Of a DNA stretch of 64,000 bases, positions 40,132-51,630 are shown one piece after another. The notes under the pieces are model-generated. The model was not told where the DNA came from. It was given only the letters and a program-made list of their open reading frames with translations, and did not search any database. The DNA is from Candidatus Poribacteria bacterium (GTDB lineage: Bacteria; Poribacteria; WGA-4E; WGA-3G). The stretch's first letter is position 1; the number at the start of each line of letters is the position of its first letter. The stretch spans positions 32,001-96,000 of the forward strand of contig CAXXUA010000013.1 of the NCBI GenBank assembly GCA_963663765.2, read 5' to 3'. Both the position numbers and the translations under genes were made by a program.

Positions 40132-41373
40132 ATGCAGATAACGCAAGGACTTAGTGTTGGCATCTCAGCACTCAGACGCAATAAGTTACGTTCCGTCCTT
40201 ACAACACTCGGTATCATCATAGGTATAGCAGCCGTAGTGGCTGTCGTCTCGGTCGGCGGCGGTGCAGAACACCTCGTCCTAATTGAACTGGAACGCACTG
40301 GTGGTGCAGGTATGATCGTTTGCTTCCGACGGTCACATCTCCAAAGAACTGATGGTTCGTATATTGAAAACAAGCATCCTGAATTCATTGAATACGAAGA
40401 CCTACCATTTATCCTTGCAAAATGTCCTTCACTTAAAACAGCAAGTGCTCAGTCTGGAATGGAAAGACGCGTCTCACACAGACATGTCAATCAGTCCCTT
40501 CAGGTACACGGGGTTACCCCTTCATTTCAGGTAGTCAATAACTGGCACATAGATACTGGAAGGTTTTTCACCGAAAGTGACATGGAACTCAGAGACCCTA
40601 TCTGTATTATCGGTTCAAAAGTAAAGGAAGACTTCTTTGACTGGACAAATCCCATCGGACAAGAAATAAAAATTGCTAATGAACGGTTCACCGTCGTTGG
40701 TGTCATGGAAGAAAAAGGCAATCAGATGGCAACAGAAGGATGGGATAATCGGGTCATAATACCCATTACCACTATGCAAATTCGCTTTATGGGAAAACGG
40801 AAAGGATGGATTGCCATTTTTGCTCAAGCAGTCAGTTATGAAAAAGTAGAGCAAGCAGTCGCTGAAATAAAGGTAGCATTCAGACAACAGCACGGTGATG
40901 AAAAATACTTCGATTTTTTCACCGCCAAACAGGTCATACAACAGGTAGGCAATGTTAGTCAGATCATACAGGTACTCCTCGGAGCAGTTGCAAGTATAGC
41001 ACTATTCGTCGGTGGTATCGGTATAATGAATATCATGTTAGTCTCTGTAACTGAACGTACTCGCGAAATCGGTTTACGCAAAGCGATCGGTGCAAGACGC
41101 ATTGACATTTTATTGCAGTTCCTGATTGAAGCGATTGTCCTAAGTATTTGTGGCGGATTAATAGGTATTCTTATTGGTAGTTCTCTGGCTACAGGATCGG
41201 GTTGGGTTATATCAAAATTCTTGATTAAAGATGCAAATTGGCCCGCGGTTGTTTCTGTTCAAGCTGCAGTCATAGCATTTTGTGTCTCTGCTTTCATCGG
41301 TGTATTCTTTGGAATCTATCCCGCAAACAAAGCCGCCGGACTTACACCAACTGAAGCATTACGACATGAATAA
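40132..41373 (+). CDS. MacB/FtsX-family ABC permease
   Basis: LRSVLTTLGIIIG, GGIGIMNIMLVSVTERTREIGLRKAIGA. Confidence 0.92.
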   Translation: MQITQGLSVGISALRRNKLRSVLTTLGIIIGIAAVVAVVSVGGGAEHLVLIELERTGGAGMIVCFRRSHLQRTDGSYIENKHPEFIEYEDLPFILAKCPSLKTASAQSGMERRVSHRHVNQSLQVHGVTPSFQVVNNWHIDTGRFFTESDMELRDPICIIGSKVKEDFFDWTNPIGQEIKIANERFTVVGVMEEKGNQMATEGWDNRVIIPITTMQIRFMGKRKGWIAIFAQAVSYEKVEQAVAEIKVAFRQQHGDEKYFDFFTAKQVIQQVGNVSQIIQVLLGAVASIALFVGGIGIMNIMLVSVTERTREIGLRKAIGARRIDILLQFLIEAIVLSICGGLIGILIGSSLATGSGWVISKFLIKDANWPAVVSVQAAVIAFCVSAFIGVFFGIYPANKAAGLTPTEALRHE

Positions 41374-41490
41374 GTAAACCATTCGTATAGATGATGTCTC
41401 ATTCACTGAAAAGAAAATAACCATCACGAACATTTCACTATCCAGTAAGTCTAAATATCAATAGACATAATTAAGCCATCACCCTGCATA

Positions 41491-41647
41491 TATAGTAAAC
41501 TTTGAAATTATTAGGGCACTCAATAAATCTATTTTGCAACATAACGGACAACAGAAGTTGTAGCATAAACTATTAGTTTGTGTCATAAGAGCGCAAATTA
41601 AAAGTTTACGCTACAACAGTGCACCATTAATTATATGTTTTACTATA
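41491..41647. mobile_element. TATAGT-ended MITE with a gtagcataaact / agtttacgctac REP pair
   Basis: Imperfect inverted repeat tatagtaaac..aatta / taatt..ttactata. Confidence 0.55.
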
Positions 41648-41661
41648 AATACTATAGTTTA

Positions 41662-41832
41662 CGAGTTGTGCTAAATGACTTTATGTAAACCATTGTTTTA
41701 CATAAGCATAACGTTTTGCAGGTGTCCCTCATAGGTTGAAACGATATTCAGTCCTGTAGGGACGAAATGTTTATATATCATACCCAACATATGTGAATTT
41801 AGTATAAATATTTAGTTAACTGGCACAAATCA
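41662..41832. mobile_element. MITE with cgagttgtgctaa / ctggcacaa ends and a gtagggacg REP (family: 42155-42485, 47979-48150, 55996-56548)
   Basis: Shared ends and internal similarity among four copies. Confidence 0.7.
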
Positions 41833-41852
41833 GGATTTTGCTCAATTTACGT

Positions 41853-42057
41853 TATAGTGGATTTTAGAATTATTTTTACACTTTCAAGTGTAGGAGGGAA
41901 CTCCGATTCCCGACTATCAAGACGTTCAGTCGCGATTCGGAGATCGAAATCAAGTAATCAACGGTATGAATACCTTATGGTATTCCCCGGGTATGAATGC
42001 CTATTGGCATTCCCCGCCTACAGAAAAAGTGTAAACTTAATTGTATATTTCACTATA
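41853..42057. mobile_element. TATAGTG...CACTATA MITE with a GTAG REP pair interrupted by hairpin cassettes
   Basis: Inverted ends; the REPs match those at 16488-16563. Confidence 0.65.
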
Positions 42058-42270
42058 AGTTACTAATTGGTAAAATTGGTAATTTTTTCTTCGGAAAAAC
42101 CCCGTCATAGACAAGATTCGTGTACAGAAAAAATTACCAATTGCCTGAAAGTAGCGACTTGTGCTAAATAACTATTTATTAAAAATTACTTCACATAGAC
42201 AAGAGGATTTAACCGTCCTTCTTTTGCTTGGATGATCTTTAGTCCCGTAGGGACGAAATGTTTATATACC

Positions 42271-42412
42271 CATAAGCGTCAATTTAAGGATTTTGGCCTC
42301 TTGTGGGAGGGGTTTTCAACCCCGAATTTATGCGCTTTTCCACTCAAATCGGGGTTGAAAACCCCTCCTATAAGAGAAATGCTAACACTTTTTTCTTAAA
42401 TTGACGCCTATG
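42271..42412. mobile_element. IS231-like MITE (142 bp) with a perfect 20-bp TSD
   Basis: TIR cataagcgtcaatttaag / cttaaattgacgcctatg; ggacgaaatgtttatatacc at 42251-42270 and 42413-42432. Confidence 0.9.
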
Positions 42413-42485
42413 GGACGAAATGTTTATATACCATACCCAATATATGTGAATTTAGTATAAACATTTAGTTAACTGGTACAAGTCG

Positions 42486-42855
42486 TATAGTTTGCACAGT
42501 TTCTATATGTTTCTTGCTGAGCTATCAACGAGGAGTCTATTTTCTACGAGTTCCTTATGAGGGTTATCTCCAAATAAAACCATGCACTCCAGCGGAGTGC
42601 TATGTTTATAGAAGCTGTATTCAAGTTTTCTTGCACTCCAGCGGAGTACTGTGTTTATAGAAGCTGTATACAAGTTTTCTTGCACTCCAGCGGAGTGCCA
42701 TGTTTGAAATCACATACCGCTCCGCTGGAACGGAGATGTCGGTTTATTTTGCCGCTATAAACATATTGCTCCGCTGGAGCAAAGAGGACTTCCGTTTTAT
42801 CCATTGTATCTTCATAAGACTTATCAACTTTTGTAAAAAAATTGTCCAAACTATA
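42486..42855. mobile_element. GTTTGGAC-ended MITE with cactccagcggagtg REPs (inverted homolog at 56578-56899)
   Basis: Aligns end to end with the reverse complement of 56578-56899, plus one extra ~49-bp internal unit. Confidence 0.85.
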
Positions 42856-42985
42856 GTATAATTAGAACAGCAGCTTTTTATAATCAGAATCCTTGTTTCA
42901 ATAGACACACAGTCCTTAAATACAAATCAAGTTGCATTCTACGCTGTTTTTAGGGTATCCTATATAATCTGAATGAACTTAAAAA

Positions 42986-43624
42986 TTGAAACAGTTACTG
43001 CAACACAAAACTATGAAGTTAGATACATCCTCCACACGTCACGCATCCGTTAATAATAGTGTAAAAGAACTATTTATCGCACAGTCTGATAGACCTGCAA
43101 CTTTCAAGGATATTAGTCTAAACCGATTAACAGCATTTCAACGCTCATTATTGGTAGCGGACGGCACCGTCACACGATTCATTGAAGCATATAAACTTTC
43201 ACCAGTACAGGTTGTGCTTCTATCACAGGCAAGACGCACTCTCCACAACGAACATATTTGGCTGGGTCTACCAACAGGGGGAAGTATTATCGCAAGAGAA
43301 GTAGTCCTACAATCCCCTTCCACGGAATTCAAAACACCAAACATACACGCCTATGCTGTGTCTCAAATCGTCTATGGACGTTTACCAAATATTGTCGTAG
43401 AAGGAGTAGATGCTGGAATAAACGGGTTGGGTGTTCTCCTACAACACAGCAGATTAGAAACCCTCCGCGACCTGCTCTGGTGGGGTATTGAAAGGGTAAA
43501 AGGACTACCCAGTAGTATTGCACATTTAGAAGGTCAACCTTTCCTCTGTAGAACCTATAGAATCATTGCAAATGGCAAACCTCTTATGCTTATCACAGAA
43601 AAATTCCCACTTGACGCTTCTTAA
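42986..43624 (+). CDS. Chorismate pyruvate-lyase-like (DUF98/UbiC fold) protein
   Basis: LLVADGTVTRFIEA, REVVL, RTYRII.NGKPLMLITEKFP. Confidence 0.8.
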   Translation: MKQLLQHKTMKLDTSSTRHASVNNSVKELFIAQSDRPATFKDISLNRLTAFQRSLLVADGTVTRFIEAYKLSPVQVVLLSQARRTLHNEHIWLGLPTGGSIIAREVVLQSPSTEFKTPNIHAYAVSQIVYGRLPNIVVEGVDAGINGLGVLLQHSRLETLRDLLWWGIERVKGLPSSIAHLEGQPFLCRTYRIIANGKPLMLITEKFPLDAS

Positions 43625-43831
43625 ACGAATACTTGGTAGGATGGGAACTCGGGTAAGAAACCCCGTCCTACAATAGGTGAAGGACATGTTGCATAAATAG
43701 ACACCTATGAAGTATAAGTAGAGCGTATCTCATAAATATTAAATGGTTTGATTTTTTCTTTTAATTTCTCATCATCTCTGCTAAATTATATCTATTTTCA
43801 TGTGATAATGTCTCATTAGCAGCGGAAATCT

Positions 43832-43875
43832 GGTAGGAGCGACCTCCCGGTCGCGACCGGGAGGTCGCTCCTACC
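43832..43875. repeat. Second perfect 44-bp REP palindrome within a ~125-bp repeat shared with 18021-18146
   Basis: Direct sequence comparison. Confidence 0.95.
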
Positions 43876-43918
43876 GAAGAGAGTAACCCCCTGCCAGTAA
43901 ACAGTAGAATTCCTTAAT

Positions 43919-44617
43919 CAATACCTTCGCCATTTTTGAGTGCTTCAGTTGAATGAGTATATAGTGTTGATCTACCATTGCTCTGTGATATTGTTAGGAT
44001 TATATAAATAAAAATAACTTCAGGTTTTCGTTGAAGTATTTTTTTATCATAGCAGGGTTATTTAGTTTTAAGAGTTTTCTGTTATTGAGATTTACTGAAA
44101 GTTAATACCCAGGTTTGGTTTCCTAACCGAACTTTCTGCATCAGTTTTAGATTATTGAAAAATGAATATCGCTCTTTAGTCCCGACAAATGCCATACGCG
44201 CATTTGGCGTTGATTTGGTAGGGACGATATGTTTATAGAAAACGAATACCCTCCCCAGTTCTTTAGTCCCGACAAATGCCATACGCGCATTTGGCGTTGA
44301 TTTGGTAGGGACGATATGTTTATTTTTCTATGTCGTTCCTACGGAACTCAAGAGGGATAGATAACATGTTTATATAAACATATCGTCCCTACGGGACTAA
44401 AGACATGGACAAGATGGCAACACATAAAATTAACGACATAGCAAAATATTATCAATAATATTGAAAACTGAATAACCCTGTTATCACATCCTCTAATTTG
44501 ACAATAGAAATGACTATATCAGCAATCTGACAGAATAATTTATAGGCACAATCTGGCAGAATGTGCTACCACTGCCCGCACAATCTGGAAGAATGTCTAT
44601 TATTGGCGAAGGTATTG
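43919..44617. mobile_element. CAATACC-ended MITE, copy 2
   Basis: Same TIR and body as 18525-19181. Confidence 0.8.
44053..44480. mobile_element. ISAs1-like MITE, copy 2, in inverted orientation
   Basis: Begins with the reverse complement of the 19161 end; ends aaaactgaataaccctg. Confidence 0.85.
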
Positions 44618-44644
44618 TAGACTTAAGATAATTATCTAAATTAC

Positions 44645-44871
44645 TTGGTGTCTCTTATGCCAGCAAAACAATATAAAGACATTCTTGATCATGATCAACG
44701 AGATTATCTCATTGATTTAATTTCTTCTGGTATTGATTCTGCACGAAAACTTACGCGTGTTAGGTTCTTATGGAAAGCCGACGAAGGCGAGTGTGGATCC
44801 GCCTATGACGAAAATCAGATAAAAGAAGCTCTTGACGTATCAAAACATACTATTGAGAGAACACGTAAAAC
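44645..44871 (+). pseudogene. IS630 transposase N-terminal fragment interrupted by IS3
   Basis: MPAKQY..L...RDYL..LI..G..SARKLTR..LWKADE resembles the N-terminus of the 16711 ORF. Confidence 0.75.
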
Positions 44872-45807
44872 TGTACTGCCATCGGAAATTCTGGCCACTC
44901 TCTAAAACAAGATTGTGGTATAATAGCAAAACTACTGAAAGGAGTATCCGATGGCGAAACGAAAACGATGAAACTTCACTCCCGAGTTTAAAGCCGAAGT
45001 CGTTCTTGAGGCACTTATGGGTGAAAGTTCACAGGCAGAACTGTGTCGGAGACACAGCCTCAGCGATGAACAACTCTCAAAGTGGAAGCGACAACTTCAT
45101 AAAATGCTACGACCCTCTTTGAACCCTCTGATAAGCGGTCTAATGCTGATGCGGAGCGGATTGCACACCTTGAGCAACTCGTTGGACGGTTGACCGTAGC
45201 ACTTGACATCCAAAAAAAAGACTCGACTTGGTTGAGTTTACCCCAATGGAGCAGCGGGAAATGGTTCAGGCACTACAGACAGACTATTCGGTTCGGTAGA
45301 TATGTGATACACTCGGTTTTATCCGAAGCAATCTCTATTATCACCTGAAAAGGGATCCTTCTGAAACGGGTCTGCGAGAGGAAATAGAGGCGTTGTATCT
45401 TCAGTATCCGACATACGGTTATAGGCGTATCACAACATTTAAAGGCAGCATTACGTCAAAGTGTTCCAGAAATCCATCATTCTGATCAAGGCGTTCAGTA
45501 TCTGTCATAAGCCTACGTTTCAATGTTAGAGCAACATAAGGTTGAGGTATCGGTTGCCCGTAGAGGCTGTCCTTGGGAGAATGGATATGCTGAAAGACTT
45601 ATCCGCACTCTCAAATAAGAAGAAATTCACCTCAACAACTATAAGGAAATCCACGAAGCAATAACCCACATTGGGCATTTTATTACACAAGTGTCCAATC
45701 ACAAACGTCCTCACTCTGCTTTAGGGTATTTGACACCTGTGGAATTTCAACTAAAAAACTTGTCTTAACTATGCTGATTTTTGATCTGAATTACCGTTGG
45801 CACTTCA
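44872..45807 (+). mobile_element. Degenerate IS3-family element (deleted, with internal stops)
   Basis: TG..CA TIRs tgtactgccatcggaaattc / gaattaccgttggcacttca; orfA FTPEFKAEVV; orfB remnants YGYRRI, HHSDQGVQY, PWENGYAER, RPHSALGYLTP. Confidence 0.85.
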
Positions 45808-46133
45808 TTGTTTACACCTACCTGTTAGTTTAACATAGAGTTTTTTCGTATGTTTTTGATGTGAATATATTGTAAGTGATTTTTGATTGTGTATATAGTT
45901 TGTTGTGTGATTGTATATTGGGATTTCCAATTGATATCCATAGATACTGAGTTTGATAATTCGGGGTGAGAAGCTGCTAAAATAAATATGCTTTTTGACA
46001 ATTGAATGCCTCTGACATCTACTACAAATTCTATTGACAGATACCGAAGATTGCTATAAGATAAACTCATAATTGAATATAGATATTTTTTCAAATACGC
46101 ATTTCATATTACAAATTTAGAAGGAGCATCACA

Positions 46134-47012
46134 ATGCCCGAACGGGTTAATAAAGCGATTGAATTATTAGAAGCTGAACAGCCAGTTTTCTATACTGGCA
46201 GCCACACAGGTGCTGACTTAAACTATGACGCTGGACGCGCTATGGCAAAAACATGGGCAGACTATATCAACATCGGTATGGAACACGGGTGCTTTGACCT
46301 ATCCGGATTAGACCAATTTATGCGCGGACTAGCAGATGGCGGTCCCACAAATAGTGGACATAAAACTCCCGCTGTCATTGTTGAACTTCCCGTAGACGGC
46401 ATCAGTTCAGAGACAATTCGTGCAAACGGATGGCAGATGCGGCAGCTGCTTGCGCGTGGCGTGCATGGATTATTGCTCTGCCATGCAGAATCTCCTGAAG
46501 CCGTAAAAGCATTCGTTGAAGCATGTCGCTACCCATTCCAGACAATCGGAGTTGGGACGCAATTGGACGTAGGACGACGCGGCTCAGCAGGACAAGGTTC
46601 CGCTGCACCCATCTGGGGTATCTCTACTGATAAATATCTGGATGTCGCTGACCCGTGGCCCCTTAATCCGGACGGGGAACTGCTACTCGGACTCAAGTTT
46701 GAAAACAAACGCGCTTTAGCAAACGTTGAAATGACTGCAAGGGTGCCAGGAATCGCTTTTGCAGAATGGGGTCCGGGAGATATGAGCATGTCTTTCGGTC
46801 ATAAACACCAACCAAACCCACGACCACAGGAACTCCAAGATGCACGAGATCGTATCTTCGCAGCATGCAAATCTGCTGGTCTTCGCTTTTTAGAGAGTGC
46901 ATCACCAGACACAATAGAAGCAAGCATTGATGCTGGTGTCAGAATCTGCGGGTCAGGTGAACAATCAGCTCGTATCGGACGCGCATATACTAAAAGAACA
47001 ATGCCTGTTTAA
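46134..47012 (+). CDS. HpcH/HpaI aldolase/citrate lyase family protein
   Basis: MEHG.FD, LARGVHG, GLKFEN, EWGPGDM. Confidence 0.8.
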   Translation: MPERVNKAIELLEAEQPVFYTGSHTGADLNYDAGRAMAKTWADYINIGMEHGCFDLSGLDQFMRGLADGGPTNSGHKTPAVIVELPVDGISSETIRANGWQMRQLLARGVHGLLLCHAESPEAVKAFVEACRYPFQTIGVGTQLDVGRRGSAGQGSAAPIWGISTDKYLDVADPWPLNPDGELLLGLKFENKRALANVEMTARVPGIAFAEWGPGDMSMSFGHKHQPNPRPQELQDARDRIFAACKSAGLRFLESASPDTIEASIDAGVRICGSGEQSARIGRAYTKRTMPV

Positions 47013-47049
47013 CCGAACTCAATTGGCACTTCAAGAAAAGAGGTAAACG

Positions 47050-47787
47050 ATGCCATTTACAGAACAAGAAATACTATCCGAATTACGAAAATATGATACC
47101 CCATCAATAACAAATGTAGTCGCGACATATCCAAATAACCCACTCTGTCTTGGACTTTACAACCCTTGGACAGAAAACTGGTACACAGATACCACAATCC
47201 GATGCATGTATCCAGAGTTGGGTGCAGTTGCGGGGTATGCAGTCACATGCGTCTACGGTATGCCAGATCCTGATTATTCCCGTCTATCCTTTATGGACGT
47301 AGTTGATGTGTTGGACGGATCCAAGAAACCAACAATTCTGGCACTTCAACAAAAGTTCCCACCAGAATTGGCAAACAAAGTCGGTTTAGCAGGTGGCAAT
47401 ATGACTGCTGCTATGAAGTCTGTTGGGTGTTTAGGGGCAATATCAAACGGACCCTCGCGCGACATTGATGAAATCCGTCCAATGGATTTCCAATATCTAT
47501 TGAGCGGAATCTCACCCGGACACGGTGGCATGGCGGTGCATGCTGTCAATGTCCCTGTCTCAATAGCAGGAATGGATGTATCACCCGGAGAAATTATCCA
47601 CATGGACGAAAACGGAGCATGTAAGTTCCCAGGAGAGAAATTAGAAACTGTATTGACAAACGTGCAAGCATTGTTGAAAGCGGAAGGGAACAGGATTGAG
47701 CAACTGTTGTCAGGACCAAAAACAGCTAAACAGGTCCGTGCGATCTTCAGCGGACATTCTTACGCAGAAGATGAGAAGGAATCGTAA
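47050..47787 (+). CDS. RraA family protein (HMG/CHA aldolase-like)
   Basis: GGNMT, GAISNGPSRDIDEI, VSPGEIIHMDENG. Confidence 0.85.
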   Translation: MPFTEQEILSELRKYDTPSITNVVATYPNNPLCLGLYNPWTENWYTDTTIRCMYPELGAVAGYAVTCVYGMPDPDYSRLSFMDVVDVLDGSKKPTILALQQKFPPELANKVGLAGGNMTAAMKSVGCLGAISNGPSRDIDEIRPMDFQYLLSGISPGHGGMAVHAVNVPVSIAGMDVSPGEIIHMDENGACKFPGEKLETVLTNVQALLKAEGNRIEQLLSGPKTAKQVRAIFSGHSYAEDEKES

Positions 47788-47978
47788 ACAGCAATCAATA
47801 CTGATAAATAATAGACATTATAACGGTTTAATTGTACAGGTTTTTGGTACCGAATAAATCTAAATTTTGTAGGTTAGATAGAGAGAAGTATAACCAAAAA
47901 TCAACAGTATAAATTCCGTTTTGACATTCGCCGGGTCGTTCCTACCAGATCTCCGCTGCTAATGAGACATACTATATG

Positions 47979-48150
47979 CGACTTGTGTCAGTTAACAGAA
48001 TGCTGTGTTGGTTTTCAGAAATATGCACATTAGTGCTATTAACATATCGTCTCTACGGGACTAAAGAGTATATCAACATAAGTGAAGTCACCATAATGCG
48101 TTCTGCTTATATGAAGAAATATATTTTAATTAGTTAATTAGCACGACTCG
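47979..48150. mobile_element. cgacttgtg-ended MITE; the empty allele of 55996-56548
   Basis: Aligns with both ends of 55996-56548, without the nested inserts. Confidence 0.8.
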
Positions 48151-48295
48151 TAATATATTGGAAATAGTATTATTTCAAAAACTGTATAGGCCTATCTTGC
48201 ATGTTTTTCCTTTGACTCCACAGTCATATATGTAATATAATACATTACATATTTAAGCTGTTCACAATTAAGTTTTCTAAATAGGAGTAGTAAAT

Positions 48296-48526
48296 GTGAA
48301 AAAAGAACGCTTGACTATAGGACAAATGAAAGATAAATATCCAAATCAGTGGTTGTTTATTATTGATTGTGAAATTAATGAAAATACTACAGAACTTGTG
48401 TCAGGTGTAGTTACTGTCAATAGCCCTTCAAGGCACGATGTGGACAAAGCATCAAGTGAATATATAGGCAGTGCAGCTATACATTTTACTGGTGAGATCC
48501 CTGAAGGAAGATTGTATTTACTGTAA
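48296..48526 (+). CDS. Small DUF5678-like protein
   Basis: YPNQWLFI..GVV...S..R..V..; RBS aggag; overlaps the next gene (TAATG). Confidence 0.6.
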   Translation: MKKERLTIGQMKDKYPNQWLFIIDCEINENTTELVSGVVTVNSPSRHDVDKASSEYIGSAAIHFTGEIPEGRLYLL

Positions 48527-48957
48527 TGACTACAATTAGTCTTAGACGTTTAGCAGACGGTTTAATTATAGTTGAATCCCAAATATATGATGCTAATTGT
48601 GACAGTATATTTAGAAAGTTAAATTTAGCATTGGATACTGCTGCATCACTTACCACAATCAGATCAGATGTCTTATGCAGTTTAAACTATGATATATTTA
48701 ATCCCATAAATACATTAAATATTATTACTGGGAATGGATATATGGATATGGGATGTATAAAACTAAGTATGTTAACGGTATTTGGTTGCAGTTTCAAAAA
48801 TGTTCGTGTAGGAATTATTGAATTGACCAAAGAAGAATACATAGATGGGGTGTTAGGACAGAATATACTTTCTATGTTTGATTATACCGTCAGAAATTCT
48901 AATAATACTATGGAAATTGAACGTATAAAAAACCAAGAAACAACAATTACTCCTTGA
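48526..48957 (+). CDS. Retropepsin-like aspartyl protease
   Basis: LALDTAASLT, TGNG flap, DGVLGQNIL. Confidence 0.75.
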   Translation: MTTISLRRLADGLIIVESQIYDANCDSIFRKLNLALDTAASLTTIRSDVLCSLNYDIFNPINTLNIITGNGYMDMGCIKLSMLTVFGCSFKNVRVGIIELTKEEYIDGVLGQNILSMFDYTVRNSNNTMEIERIKNQETTITP

Positions 48958-49109
48958 ATTTAATATCTTTTAATTTGAGTTGCTCTATAATCTTATGGAA
49001 TGTAAAAATCTATGTAACATTAACTAAGACCTATAGAATTATATTTAAGGTGCTGTAACACCACGTGTTGCAACACCAAAATCTAACACTTATGGAGAAC
49101 TTTCAATAG

Positions 49110-49571
49110 ATGAAAATAGAAAAACGACTGGAAGAATTGGGTATTGAATTGCCCCCGCCTGCAACACCTGTTGCGAATTACGTTACGACCGTTCAAACAG
49201 GAAACCTTGTTTTTACATCTGGGCACGGTCCTGGTACAGGTGAAGGAAAAATCTATAAAAGTCAACTGGGAACGGATGCATCAGTTGAAGAAGGTTACGC
49301 ATCTGCACGACAGGTTGCACTTGGATTGATCAGCACACTTAAACATGCGTTAGGGGATTTGGATCGGATTAAACGCGTTGTGAAGGTCGTAGGATTTATC
49401 AACTCCTCTGCAGATTTCACTGACCAACCGGCTGTACTAAACGGTGCATCGGATCTGTTTGTAGAAGTTTTCGGTGATAAAGGCAAACATGCACGTTCTG
49501 CAGTCGGTATGGTGCAATTGCCCGGTGGTATTCCTGTTGAAATTGAAATGATCGTAGAAATTGAAGACTAA
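49110..49571 (+). CDS. RidA/YjgF family protein
   Basis: PVANYV, FTSGH, NGASDL, HARSAVG, PVEIE. Confidence 0.9.
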   Translation: MKIEKRLEELGIELPPPATPVANYVTTVQTGNLVFTSGHGPGTGEGKIYKSQLGTDASVEEGYASARQVALGLISTLKHALGDLDRIKRVVKVVGFINSSADFTDQPAVLNGASDLFVEVFGDKGKHARSAVGMVQLPGGIPVEIEMIVEIED

Positions 49572-49594
49572 CCTCTTTAGGAAAGAAGATTATA

Positions 49595-50788
49595 ATGGCA
49601 GTTCAAATAGTTCGACCTCGTATTCGCGGGTTTATCTGCACAAACGCCCATCCTGCCGGTTGTCAAGCAAACATTCAAAATCAGATAGCATATATAAGAG
49701 AGAATACATCACACAATGCCTCAGGTCTCAACGCGCTTGTTGTCGGTGCGTCAACGGGATATGGACTTGCTTCTCGTATCGCCTTGACGTGGGGATACGG
49801 TGCAAATACTTTGGGGCTACTTTACGAACGTCCTGCGGATGCCAGAAGGACAGCATCAGCAGGTTATTACAACACTGTTGCTTTTCATCAATATGCACAG
49901 CAAGATGGTTTTCTTGCTGAAAGTATCAACGGTGATGCCTTTTCGGACGAGGTGAAGCAAGGGACAATAACACAACTCAAAGAGAATTTTGGGAAAATAG
50001 ATTTTCTGGTTTATAGTATCGCTGCACCGCGCCGAACCCATCCACGTAACGGTGAAACGCATAATTCTGTGCTGAAACCGATAGGTGATTCCTACACGGG
50101 AAAAACGATTGATCTAAACAACGAATCCGTTGTGCCCGTGACAATTGAACCCGCTGATGACAAAGAAATTGCTGACACAATCGCTGTGATGGGGGGTGAG
50201 GACTTAGAAATGTGGGTTGATACTTTAGATGACGCTGAGTTGCTTGCACCAGAGGTTACGGTCGTTGCATATACTTACATCGGTAGTGCGTTAACTTGGG
50301 CAATTTACCGTGATGGTACTATCGGGAAGGCGAAAGATGACCTGAAGCAACGAGTTGATGCACTTGATGAAAAACTTGCAAATCTGTTTGGTGGTAATGC
50401 ATATATATCAGTGAATAAGGCTGTCGTCACACAAGCCTCTGCGGCAATCCCTGTTGTACCTCTCTACATCAGTATTCTCTACGATATTATGAATGAAAAG
50501 GGGATTAATGAGGCACCAATCGGACAGATGCAGCGATTATTTTCGGAACATCTTGGTCCTGGGTTACAACCCCTGCTTGATAGTGACCGTTACATTCGAC
50601 TTGATGATAGAGAATTAGGACAAGATGTGACAGATGCGGTTACTGAACGATGGGAAAAAATTGATACCGACAATTTTCATGACCTTTCTGATTATGTTGG
50701 TTACAGAAGACGTTTCCGAAATCTCTTCGGATTTGAAGTTGAAGACGTTGCCTATGATGAAGCAGTGGAAACAGAATTAACATTTTAA
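49595..50788 (+). CDS. fabV: Enoyl-ACP/trans-2-enoyl-CoA reductase FabV
   Basis: [45 protein letters not shown]. Confidence 0.93.
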   Translation: MAVQIVRPRIRGFICTNAHPAGCQANIQNQIAYIRENTSHNASGLNALVVGASTGYGLASRIALTWGYGANTLGLLYERPADARRTASAGYYNTVAFHQYAQQDGFLAESINGDAFSDEVKQGTITQLKENFGKIDFLVYSIAAPRRTHPRNGETHNSVLKPIGDSYTGKTIDLNNESVVPVTIEPADDKEIADTIAVMGGEDLEMWVDTLDDAELLAPEVTVVAYTYIGSALTWAIYRDGTIGKAKDDLKQRVDALDEKLANLFGGNAYISVNKAVVTQASAAIPVVPLYISILYDIMNEKGINEAPIGQMQRLFSEHLGPGLQPLLDSDRYIRLDDRELGQDVTDAVTERWEKIDTDNFHDLSDYVGYRRRFRNLFGFEVEDVAYDEAVETELTF

Positions 50789-50798
50789 GGAGAAACTT

Positions 50799-51521
50799 AT
50801 GTCACAACCTTTTGTAACAGTTTGGAACGAATTTAGACACGAAAAATCCAACGAAAGGATTCGCGCTCTTTACCCCGAAGGTATTCACGCCACGATTGCC
50901 GATGGATTAAGCGAACATGGTATTGAAACGTTAACAGCAACGTTAGATGAGCCAGAACACGGTTTAACTGACAAAGTACTGGATAAGACAGACGTGTTGA
51001 TCTGGTGGGGACATGCTGCACACGGTGCTGTTGAAGATGCAATTGCTAATAAAGTCAAAAACCGCGTGCTGCAAGGCATGGGACTGATTGTGTTGCATTC
51101 TGGACACTATTCAAAACCTTTCACGCGTCTGATGGGAACATCATGTAGTCTTAAATGGCGAGAAGCAGCAGAAAAGGAACGTATCTGGGTGATTGAACAC
51201 GGACACCCCATCGTTGAAGGTCTTGATGAATACTTTGAGATTGAAAAGACCGAAATGTATGGCGAACCCTTTGACATTCCAGAACCGGACACACTTATTT
51301 TCATTAGTTGGTTCCCTGGTGGTGAAGTATTCCGTAGTGGCTGTTGTTACTATCGGGGTAGAGGTAAGATTTTCTATTTTCGTCCCGGACATGAAACATA
51401 TCCAATCTATTACGATAAGAATGTGCGTCAGGTGATTGCGAATGCGGCGCGATGGGCTGCACCTGGAGATACTCCCAAACCTGTATTTGGACATTCACAA
51501 CCATTAGAACCACTTAGTTAA
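50799..51521 (+). CDS. ThuA (trehalose utilization) domain protein
   Basis: [33 protein letters not shown]. Confidence 0.9.
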   Translation: MSQPFVTVWNEFRHEKSNERIRALYPEGIHATIADGLSEHGIETLTATLDEPEHGLTDKVLDKTDVLIWWGHAAHGAVEDAIANKVKNRVLQGMGLIVLHSGHYSKPFTRLMGTSCSLKWREAAEKERIWVIEHGHPIVEGLDEYFEIEKTEMYGEPFDIPEPDTLIFISWFPGGEVFRSGCCYYRGRGKIFYFRPGHETYPIYYDKNVRQVIANAARWAAPGDTPKPVFGHSQPLEPLS

Positions 51522-51630
51522 CAGCAGATAGTAACTTATGACTTATGCAAGCACTTTGAGACAGTTTAAAGTCTTGTGTTGTACTGAGATGGTCGCAGTT
51601 TACCTTTTTTGCTAAGGAGGTATTACCAAA

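Noticed and set aside
42584-42785. CRISPR-like cactccagcggagtg repeats
   Set aside because: The ~49-bp units have near-identical spacers and inverted partners; they are internal to a MITE with a homolog at 56578-56899.
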